A stretch of DNA of 64,000 bases from Thecamonas trahens ATCC 50062 (lineage: Eukaryota; Protista; Apusomonadida): positions 62,001 through 126,000 of the forward strand of contig NW_013657676.1 of the NCBI RefSeq assembly GCF_000142905.1, in the 5' to 3' direction. Below the pieces are notes generated by a model, which saw only the letters and a list, made by a program, of their open reading frames with translations, ran no database searches and was not told where the DNA came from. Below, piece by piece: positions 56,021 through 64,000 of the stretch (the stretch's first letter is position 1; each line of letters starts with the position of its first letter). Both the position numbers and the translations under genes were made by a program.

Positions 56021-58993
56021 ATGGCAGAGTCGGGTGAAATGGCCGGTTTGAGCCCGGAAGAGGTGGCGGCCAAGAAGGAGCAGGAACGGAAACTGGCCAT
56101 GTTGCTTGGTCTCGATCTCAATGCGCTCGGCCTGGCCCCGGTGGCTGCATCTGCGGCTGATGGTGCCGGTGCGAGTGTGGATGCCAATACCGGTACGAGT
56201 CCGAGTTTGAGTGGCGGCGGCCAAGGTGCGGTGGGTGTCGGAGCCGGATCAGGGGCGTCTTTGGGTGCAAATGCGAGCAATGACGCTGGCCGGCTGCTGA
56301 CAAGCGCGCCGAGAGGAAGCGGGCTGCAGAGGTCGGTGACAATGGGCGCGGACGCTGAGCTCGAGACCGAGCGTGCGGCGCGCGAAGCCCGTGAGGCCGA
56401 GGCAGCGGCGGCGGCGGCGGCGGTCGATGTGGCCGTGGTCGGTCTGGCCAAGGGCAGGCTGAACAAGGACGGCGTGCCGCGGAGCGTGCAGTCGGGTGAA
56501 ATGCCCAACTCGCTATTCGGCAACGGGTCAACCAAGAGCGGCGAGCGTCTGCACGAAATCAACTCGGCGTCGCGGGCTTCGTTTGCTTTCTCGGGCTTTT
56601 CGGACGACGAGGGCGAGTCCGCCGGCGGTGGAGACAAGGCAATGGGCAGCGGTGGCTCGGGCGACAGCGGCGGGGAGGCAGGGCTTTTGGGTCCGCCGCG
56701 GCCGCAGGGAAACGCCTCACAGTCTTCGCCGATTGTAGACTCGTCGATGTTTGTGTCGCTCATGGGCAATGACGCGATGTTTGCCGAGCTTGATAATCTG
56801 CCGATGGGGTCACCCAAGGCATCGCCGGTAGACTCGCCAGCAGACTCGCCGCGGTCGTCGACGGCGATTGCGGTGCCCGGCTCGGGCTCGAGCTCGGCCA
56901 ATCCGCGGTCGCGGGTGGGCTCCATCGACCAGTCGGACTTTTTCCAGAACTCGCCGGAGCAGAGCTCCGAGCTCAAGCAGTCGCCGTCGGGGCTCCACTC
57001 TGATGAGTCGAGCGGCGGCCGGGCGACGTCGCCTGCGAGCCGGCTGATGGGTCAGTCGATTCGGGCGCGCAAGGCGACGATGCCGACGCGACGGCGACGG
57101 CCGTCGAACCTGTTCACGCCGCCGTCTGCGGCGACGTCACGCGAGTGGAAGATTAAGCGGCGGGTTCAGGTCATGCGCAACCGCGAGTCGACGCACTTTC
57201 GCAATGCAACGCGGTTCCTTGCGGCACAGTCACGGATTCGGTCGACGTCGCGGCGGTCTGTTCGGGTCTCGTCGACTTTTGAGCTCTCGTCGGAACAAGA
57301 GGCCAAGCTTGCGCGGTACTCGCGCCGGGCGTACCTGACCTCGCTGCAAAAGCGGGTCAAGAACGACTCGAGCCGTGCGAGCGGCGGGGCGTCGTCGCTC
57401 GCCTTTTTGCCGACAACCAACTTTCGCGGTCACTCAGGCACCCAAGTGGAGGCACTTGTCAAGCGGTCGCAGTGGGTCGGTGATCTGGAGCGTGTGGTGG
57501 AGTGGCCGATGGGGGCACCGCTCCCACCGTGGTCGAAGATCATGTACGACCTCGCGCTGCGGTTGCAGCAGAACTCTGCGTTCATCGGCGCGGGCGTGCA
57601 CGCCGGCGGGAGCAAGGGCGGGTACGGCGGTGTGGGCGGGCAGGAGTCATCGCTCCTCACGGCGCTGATGGAGCAGAAGAAGGACGAGCCGAGCCGGTCG
57701 GACCGGGTGGTGTGGGACGAGCCGGACTCGCCTGACAACCTTGTTGTGGAGATTGACGCAAACAACCACGAGATTGTGGTTGCCGGAACGCTGGCCAAGC
57801 TTGTAGAGCGTTTGACGTACCACCGGTACCCGGACCCGATGTATCTCTCGGCCTTTCTCCTCACGTACCGGTCGTTCACCACGCCACCGCAGCTGCTGGA
57901 CTTGCTGGAGCAGCGGTTCAACGCGACGCCGCCCGCGGGCGCGTCGGGCGAGGAGCTGATGAAGTTCCGCAAGACGCGGGAGATCCAGCGAATCCGGGTG
58001 CTCCTTGTGTTCAAGCAGTGGGTGGCAAACCACTTTGACGACTACGTTGACGTCGAGGGCCTGCTTGACTCGCTCAAGCAAGTGCTGGCCAAGATGAAGG
58101 GCTCTGGCGTGGAGAAGGGGGCGACCAAGCTGATGGAGGACATCGCCAAGCGCGAGGCGCAGGAGCACAAGTCGCGGCGGATGCTTGTGTTTGACACGCC
58201 GCCACCGCCGCCGCTGGTGCCCGAGAGTGCAGACGCGAGCACTTTTTCGCTGCTCTCGATCCCGCCGCGCGAGCTGGCGCGACAGGTCACCCTCCGTGAG
58301 TTTGCCCTCTACTCGGCCATCAAGCCGTACGAGTGTCTCAACCAGGCGTGGGCCGTGAAGCCAGACGAAGTGGAGGGCTTGTACAAGGCGCCGCACATCC
58401 GGTCAATCATCTCGCGGTTCAACGCCATGTCCGAGTACGTGGCAGTGACCATTCTTCGGGAAGCCGAACTCGAGGCGCGGGTGGCGGTCGTCACGCGGTT
58501 CATCCAGATTGCCTCCGAGCTCCGCAAGATCAACAACTTCAACGGAGTCATGGAGATCCTCGCCGGCCTGCAGCTGACGCCGATCTTTCGGCTCAAGCGG
58601 ACGTGGGCCGGCGTCTCGCCGCGCAACATGTCCAAGTTCAACGAGCTTGCCGCCGAGATGAACCGCGACCTCAACTACAAGGCGCCGCGGGCTGCGCTGG
58701 CGACGGCCAATCCGCCGTGCATCCCGTACCTCGGCATCTTCCTCACCGACCTCACCTTTGTGGAGGACGGAAACTCGGACCTCACACCGTCCGGCCTCAT
58801 CAACTTTGACAAGCGCCGGCGGCTGGCCCTCATCATCGGCGAGGTCCAGCAGTACCAGCAGACGCCGTACTGTCTGCAGGCGCTCCCGCAGTTACAAGAC
58901 TGGATCTGGGGCGAGAGCGAGGCCGTGGAGTATGACGAGAGCGTCATGTATGACCGTTCGCTGGAGGTCGAGCCGCGTGAGAGCACCGCCTGA
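56021..58993 (+). CDS. Ras guanine-nucleotide exchange factor (REM + CDC25 domains, SOS/Cdc25-like)
   Basis: GTLAKLVERLT, FLLTYRSF, ELARQVTL, NNFNG, PPCIPYLGIFLTDLTF and INFDKRR. Confidence 0.93.
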   Translation: MAESGEMAGLSPEEVAAKKEQERKLAMLLGLDLNALGLAPVAASAADGAGASVDANTGTSPSLSGGGQGAVGVGAGSGASLGANASNDAGRLLTSAPRGSGLQRSVTMGADAELETERAAREAREAEAAAAAAAVDVAVVGLAKGRLNKDGVPRSVQSGEMPNSLFGNGSTKSGERLHEINSASRASFAFSGFSDDEGESAGGGDKAMGSGGSGDSGGEAGLLGPPRPQGNASQSSPIVDSSMFVSLMGNDAMFAELDNLPMGSPKASPVDSPADSPRSSTAIAVPGSGSSSANPRSRVGSIDQSDFFQNSPEQSSELKQSPSGLHSDESSGGRATSPASRLMGQSIRARKATMPTRRRRPSNLFTPPSAATSREWKIKRRVQVMRNRESTHFRNATRFLAAQSRIRSTSRRSVRVSSTFELSSEQEAKLARYSRRAYLTSLQKRVKNDSSRASGGASSLAFLPTTNFRGHSGTQVEALVKRSQWVGDLERVVEWPMGAPLPPWSKIMYDLALRLQQNSAFIGAGVHAGGSKGGYGGVGGQESSLLTALMEQKKDEPSRSDRVVWDEPDSPDNLVVEIDANNHEIVVAGTLAKLVERLTYHRYPDPMYLSAFLLTYRSFTTPPQLLDLLEQRFNATPPAGASGEELMKFRKTREIQRIRVLLVFKQWVANHFDDYVDVEGLLDSLKQVLAKMKGSGVEKGATKLMEDIAKREAQEHKSRRMLVFDTPPPPPLVPESADASTFSLLSIPPRELARQVTLREFALYSAIKPYECLNQAWAVKPDEVEGLYKAPHIRSIISRFNAMSEYVAVTILREAELEARVAVVTRFIQIASELRKINNFNGVMEILAGLQLTPIFRLKRTWAGVSPRNMSKFNELAAEMNRDLNYKAPRAALATANPPCIPYLGIFLTDLTFVEDGNSDLTPSGLINFDKRRRLALIIGEVQQYQQTPYCLQALPQLQDWIWGESEAVEYDESVMYDRSLEVEPRESTA

Positions 58994-59026
58994 CTCGGCA
59001 GGCTAGCGTGGAGTGCGCGTGGCGTT

Positions 59027-60148
59027 TTACTCGGACGCACCGCCGGGGACAAGGAGGATCTTGCCGGTCGTGCCGCGCGACTCGAGGGCGCGATGGGCGT
59101 CGGCTGCCGACTCGAGCGGAAAGGTAGCGCCGACGGTGACGGTGAGGTCGCCGGCGGCGATCCAGGCAAAGAGGTCTGCGAGGCGGGAATCAAACTCGCC
59201 GGGGCCAGAAATAAAGTCGCCGAGCGAGGGCCGGGTGAGGTACTTGGAGCCCTTGAGCGAGGCGAGAATGTTGACGGGCGGGACAGCGCCCGAGGCATTG
59301 CCAAACGAGACCATGGTGCCGCGCGGCTTGAGGACGGTCATCGAGGCGTCAAAGGTGGCGGCCCCGACGCCGTCAAAGACAACGTCGACACCGACGCCGG
59401 CGGTGATGCGGTCGATGGCGTCGACAACCGAATCCTCCGAGTACTTGATGACGTGGTCGACCTTGCCGACCGAGGTGGCGAGCTCGGCCTTGGCGTCGGT
59501 GGAGACGGTGCCGATGACGGTAGCGCCGGCGTTCTTGCACATCTGGGCGAGAAGGAGTCCGGTGCCACCAGCGGCAGCGTGCACCAGCACGGTCTCGCCG
59601 GCCTTGACCTTGTACGACGAGTGGGCGAGGTAGTGGGCGGTAAGGCCCTGCAGCATGACTGCCGCGCCCTGCTCCTCAGTCACGCCGGCAGGCAGCTTGG
59701 CGGCGCGGCTGGTGGCCACCGCCGTGTACTGGGCGTACGCGCCAGGCGTCAGCACGTAGGCAGCCTTGTCACCAACCGCCCACCCAGCCGCAGCGGCGTC
59801 AACGCCCACCGCCACCACCTCGCCAGCGCCCTCACGGCCGAGAGTGTACGGCAGCGGGACCTTGTACAGGCCCGAGCGGTGGTACGTGTCGATGAAGTTG
59901 AGTCCGGCAGCCGCATTGCGGACAACAATCTGGTCGGCGGCAGCCTCAGGCATCGGCAGCTCGGTATACGACAACACCGATGCGTCGCCGTGCTCGTTGA
60001 TGACGATTCCGTGGTTGTTGCTGCCAAGGGATGTGGGGGTTGTGTGAGTGGGTGCCATGTCATGGGTGAGGTGGGGGGGGGGGGGAGGGGGAGGGGGAGG
60101 GGAGGGCGAGGTCGCCCAAGCGCACATGCACACACACACACACACATG

Positions 60149-60205
<57 letters not shown>

Positions 60206-60496
60206 ATACCTGGAAGACATGGCTGTGTCGAGAGCAGTGGTGGCAGTGATGGTGATGGCTGACGTGGCGGTGAGCGGGCGGACGGTGCCTGTTCCCCCAC
60301 CCCCACCACCACCCCCACCACCACCACCACCACCACCACCACAGCTACCACTCATGCCCATGACACAGCCACCGAGACCGAGACCGGGACGAGCACGGCT
60401 GTAGACGGTACCTGTGAGGGTGAGGGTGAGGGTGCATAGCGAGAGGGCCAGTCGTTGTGTACTCATCCCCATCGTCCTCCCCATCATGCTCAGCAT
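59027..60496 (-). CDS. NADPH:quinone oxidoreductase (zeta-crystallin/Qor/Zta1 type); intron 60021-60209; start at 60496 or 60220
   Basis: GLNFIDTYHRSGLY, LGREGAG, LQGLTAHYL, HAAAGGTG, FGNASG and ESRGTTGKILL. Confidence 0.92.
60129..60199. repeat. (CA)n microsatellite in the QOR intron
   Basis: Seen directly. Similar CA/CT/TA tracts lie at 9728-9780, 29527-29558 and 30637-30687. Confidence 0.95.
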
Positions 60497-60809
60497 CTTT
60501 GTCGCCCCACTCGCTCCTGCGCTAGGTGTGACTGGCTGGCTTTGCTTCGGCCGCTGTTCCCCCTCACACTGGCCCGTATCTTCTCGCAGAAACAAACAAA
60601 CTGTGCCATCGCACATCCATCGCACTCTACATCTTTGTCCTCACTACTACATCCAGGCCATGGCCACCGTTTGAGCCGCTTGCGCCTGGTGCTTATATTT
60701 CCACCCAAACAACAGCGGCGCGCTGCGTTGAGATCAAGTGATCATTGTCGTTGGTGAGCACCCTCCACTCTGTCGCGTCAGCAAAGTTGGCACGTACACC
60801 TTTTACGAG

Positions 60810-62000
60810 TTAAGCGCGGTCGCCAAGCGTGCCATACCCCCTGGCTGGAGACTCACCCCCTGTCCTGCGATCAAGGATCCACCCGAGGCCAGCGGCGACG
60901 CTGCAAGCTGCGGCGGCGATGTAGAGGGCAGGCGCAAAGCAGTGCGTCCCGCGGCAGACGCCGCCGTCGCCGGCCGAGGCGTCAAAGAGTGCACCAAAGA
61001 GCGTGCCAAACGAGATGGCGCCGAGCGCCGGAGCGAGGACTACCGTGCCCCAGTTGGCGCCGTAGTGGTCGAGGCCAAACAGCTCGCCCACAAGCGTAGG
61101 AATGGTGTTGAACATGCCGCCAAAGGCGAGGCCGGAGCCGATCATGGTGGGCACCAGCCACGGCGCGCCGACCAGGGCGAGCACAACCAGGTTGAACGTC
61201 ATAAGCCCCGCAATGGCGACCAGAAACCGCGCCCGTGGTACCCCGCGCTTGAGCACCGCGTCCGAAGCAATGCCAAACACCACCCGCCCGGCCACGTTAA
61301 AGGTGGAAAAGAGCGCCATAAAGACCGTCTGCGACGTCGCTGTCTGCGTTGCCTCGATGAACGCGTTGAGGTTGTTGACCACCATTAGCATTGACCCGTC
61401 GCAAATCGCCAGAATGGCAAAGAGGAGCCAGAACGATGGCTCGCGGACCAGCGCGCGCCCCGTGATCTGCGGGCCGGCTACCGCCTCCTGCTGCTCGTCA
61501 TAAGCCTCGGCCTGAGCCTGAGCCTCAACCTCAGCCTCAACCTCAACCTCAGCCTCAGTCTCAGCTGAGGTTGAGGCTGAGGCCTCCGAATCAAAGACAA
61601 AGTGGAGGCCGTCGTCGTCTGAGCTCGTCGCGCTCTCCGACCACAGCGCCGAGACCGAAGCCAGCGGCGAGAGCGTCCCGTACGGCATAACGCGGAGGGT
61701 GGCAAAGCCGAGGGCAGCAGCTCCGGCAATGACCAGAGCCACAACAACCAGGTACGAGGCAACCCGCGGCTTGACCGCCCGATAGAGGAGGGCAAAGAAG
61801 GCGGGCGAGGCGCCAAATGAGGCCACGATGGCACCCAGTGCCCGCCCGCGGAACTTGGGATTGTAGTTGCCCACGTTGCTGACCAGGCCAACGGTGTAAA
61901 AGCCATGGCCGCCCTGGCCGATGGCGTAGAAGGCGAGGCAGAGGAGGGCCACGACGCCGGCCGACGCCGCGCTCGCCGCCGACACAATGGCTGCCGCCCC
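60810..62000 (-). CDS. MFS transporter, nodulin-like/Mch1 family; 5' part in the gap
   Basis: Multiple TM helices with NYNPKFRGRALG, FNVAGRVVFGIASD, ELFGLDHYGANWG and CRGTHCF. Confidence 0.85.
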   Translation of the reverse strand, partial: GAAAIVSAASAASAGVVALLCLAFYAIGQGGHGFYTVGLVSNVGNYNPKFRGRALGAIVASFGASPAFFALLYRAVKPRVASYLVVVALVIAGAAALGFATLRVMPYGTLSPLASVSALWSESATSSDDDGLHFVFDSEASASTSAETEAEVEVEAEVEAQAQAEAYDEQQEAVAGPQITGRALVREPSFWLLFAILAICDGSMLMVVNNLNAFIEATQTATSQTVFMALFSTFNVAGRVVFGIASDAVLKRGVPRARFLVAIAGLMTFNLVVLALVGAPWLVPTMIGSGLAFGGMFNTIPTLVGELFGLDHYGANWGTVVLAPALGAISFGTLFGALFDASAGDGGVCRGTHCFAPALYIAAAACSVAAGLGWILDRRTGGESPARGYGTLGDRA

Positions 62001-62425
62001 NNNNNNNNNNNNNNNNNNNNNNNNNNNNNNNNNNNNNNNNNNNNNNNNNNNNNNNNNNNNNNNNNNNNNNNNNNNNNNNNNNNNNNNNNNNNNNNNNNNN
62101 NNNNNNNNNNNNNNNNNNNNNNNNNNNNNNNNNNNNNNNNNNNNNNNNNNNNNNNNNNNNNNNNNNNNNNNNNNNNNNNNNNNNNNNNNNNNNNNNNNNN
62201 NNNNNNNNNNNNNNNNNNNNNNNNNNNNNNNNNNNNNNNNNNNNNNNNNNNNNNNNNNNNNNNNNNNNNNNNNNNNNNNNNNNNNNNNNNNNNNNNNNNN
62301 NNNNNNNNNNNNNNNNNNNNNNNNNNNNNNNNNNNNNNNNNNNNNNNNNNNNNNNNNNNNNNNNNNNNNNNNNNNNNNNNNNNNNNNNNNNNNNNNNNNN
62401 NNNNNNNNNNNNNNNNNNNNNNNNN
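62001..62425. other. Assembly gap
   Basis: Run of N. Confidence 1.
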
Positions 62426-62592
62426 CCCCCCCCCCCCCTTTCCTCCCCCTCTCCTCCTCCCCTCAAGGGCCCAAAAGGGCCGGCCCAGCTCGCGGTGTGG
62501 CGTAGTATCCCATGCTCGGTCGGTAGTATCAGCGTCCAAGATTCACGACCTTTTTTCCCCCCTCCCCCCCCCTCCCCACACACACAGGCAGC

Positions 62593-63768
62593 ATGTCGCA
62601 GAAGGAAGCTGGTCGGTGGCAAAGGACAGGCGTGCGGGAGGCAGGGCGTGCGGCTGAGATGGCCTCGGCTGAATGGAAGTATGCCCTCGTCCGCAAGTGC
62701 CTCTCCACCCTTCGCAAGCAACGGGCGGCGGCAAAGGCCTCACGAAGGAGGAAAGCAAGCCCTGCTGCGTCCGCACCTTCTCGTGCAATAGCTTCTGCGA
62801 AGTTGAGCTCGCTCGCAGCATCGTCCTCGGCTCCGGCGTCGGCGTCTGCCACGGAGCCGGCCGCGGGCGTGGCGTCTGCGGCAGCTCGCGCAGCTGAGCT
62901 CTCAGCAGCCGGAGTTGACGTCGCGTCGCACCTCTTCTCGCCAACTTTTTGCTCAACAAAGCAGGATGACGGCGGGATGGTGGTGACGTGGTCGGACGAC
63001 GACGACGAGTTTGACAACTACCACCCCACGGGTGGCTTGCATGCGAGCTCGCACGGCTCAACGCGGGCTTTGTCCGGCTTGCCCTCGCCTGCTACCGTTC
63101 TCCGTGCCCAGTGGGCTGCGGCGTTGGGAGGCAAACAATCCCACCTTAATCCGCCGTCTTTTGCAGCCGCTGCTGCGCCCGGCGATGCCCTCGGCCTCGG
63201 CATGGACACCGGCATGGGCATGAGCATAGGCATGGGAATGGGCATGCGGGGATACTCGTCCGATGACGACGAGTTTCTCGAGGCGCTTGAGGCGCTTGAC
63301 CCGACGGTGCCGCCGCCGGGCGTGCCCGACGAAGAGTTTGACGACGTCCTCGCCCTCCTCTACTCGGAGCTCGAGGCCGAGCTCGGCCACCCAGTTGCCG
63401 GCGCGGTGTCAGGCGACACCGGTGAGGTCTTCGACCTGCTCGACGAAGTCGAACACGTCGAGCGCGAGGCCGCGCTGGCCGCGCTCTCGACTGAGCGCTC
63501 TGTCATCTGCCCGGTCTGCTGCGCCGCCTCGCTTGGCCTTGCCCGCGGCGTCCTCTTTTGCCAGTGTGGCCTGCGGGTCAATCTTGCCCGGCTGCCTGGC
63601 ATCGTGCTGACACTCGATCAGATCCACGACATGATCAGTGCTGTTGCTACCGAGCACGCTGCACAGTGTGCCGCACCGCCGGCCTTTGACCTCTCTCGCG
63701 GACCCGATGGCGCCCAGTCGGTCATCCTCTCATGTCCGCGCTGCAGCCACTATGCTGTTGTGATTTGA
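62593..63768 (+). CDS. RPAIN: RPA-interacting protein (RIP)
   Basis: N-terminal WKYALVRKCLSTLRKQR, an acidic middle and the C-terminal ICPVC...CQCG...EHAAQC...SCPRC...VVI. Confidence 0.8.
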   Translation: MSQKEAGRWQRTGVREAGRAAEMASAEWKYALVRKCLSTLRKQRAAAKASRRRKASPAASAPSRAIASAKLSSLAASSSAPASASATEPAAGVASAAARAAELSAAGVDVASHLFSPTFCSTKQDDGGMVVTWSDDDDEFDNYHPTGGLHASSHGSTRALSGLPSPATVLRAQWAAALGGKQSHLNPPSFAAAAAPGDALGLGMDTGMGMSIGMGMGMRGYSSDDDEFLEALEALDPTVPPPGVPDEEFDDVLALLYSELEAELGHPVAGAVSGDTGEVFDLLDEVEHVEREAALAALSTERSVICPVCCAASLGLARGVLFCQCGLRVNLARLPGIVLTLDQIHDMISAVATEHAAQCAAPPAFDLSRGPDGAQSVILSCPRCSHYAVVI

Positions 63769-64000
63769 GTCGCCCGCCCCAATCCATGGAGCAGTCCTTG
63801 GACGATCTGCTACCGTACGTCTTGCCCCCTCTTCCTCTCTCTCTCTCTCTCCTTCTCTCTTGTTTTTTACTCGCTCTCTCGTCCGCCCCTGCGCGAGCTC
63901 AGCGAGGCTGTTTCGAAGCCGCGTCGGAGTTATTACTCTCCTTGGTGGTCAAAAACAAGCCCAGATCAAGTGTAGTTGCTTTTTAGGTCGTCGTTGGGGG

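Noticed and set aside
1512-63768. DNA-repair cluster (RTEL1, BABAM1, RPAIN) or lipid cluster (TLC, ceramidase, INO1)
   Set aside because: The genes are dispersed among unrelated housekeeping genes, with no evidence of linkage.

Overview
GC-rich, gene-dense eukaryotic nuclear DNA with about 28 protein-coding genes and two assembly gaps (22576-23210, 62001-62425). A flagellated protist is inferred from SPAG17/PF6; the compactness and gene content would fit an apusomonad such as Thecamonas, but this is inference only. Genes recognised: GAP1-family RasGAP, RTEL1, a Loc1-like protein, ATP12, a dual-specificity phosphatase, DCTN5, BABAM1, POLR1C, TRF4/TENT4, CNS1/TTC4, a DCAF8-like WD40 protein, a TLC-domain protein, a GT2-like glycosyltransferase, a WW-receiver-PDE, an H15-domain protein, a BRSK/SAD kinase, an NF1-like RasGAP, an SH3-repeat protein, an acid-ceramidase-like protein, TRM44, INO1, WDR62/MAPKBP1, an FHA-FN3 double kinase, SPAG17, a RasGEF, a quinone oxidoreductase, a nodulin-like MFS transporter and RPAIN. 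I found no rRNA, tRNA, CRISPR array or transposase. Most notable: (1) a rigid intron grammar of one 5'-proximal intron per gene, a GTAYGY/GTAGGT donor, a CTCAY branch candidate and often no pyrimidine tract; (2) unusual domain fusions, namely WW-pseudoreceiver-PDE, ceramidase-CHORD-like, FHA-FHA-FN3-kinase-pseudokinase and a bacterial-type GT2 on a type II anchor; (3) a tandemly duplicated ~99-nt hairpin; (4) an 11-bp variant-coded minisatellite; (5) four single-base frameshifts, all at G/C homopolymers. All family calls come from motif recognition, without database searches.
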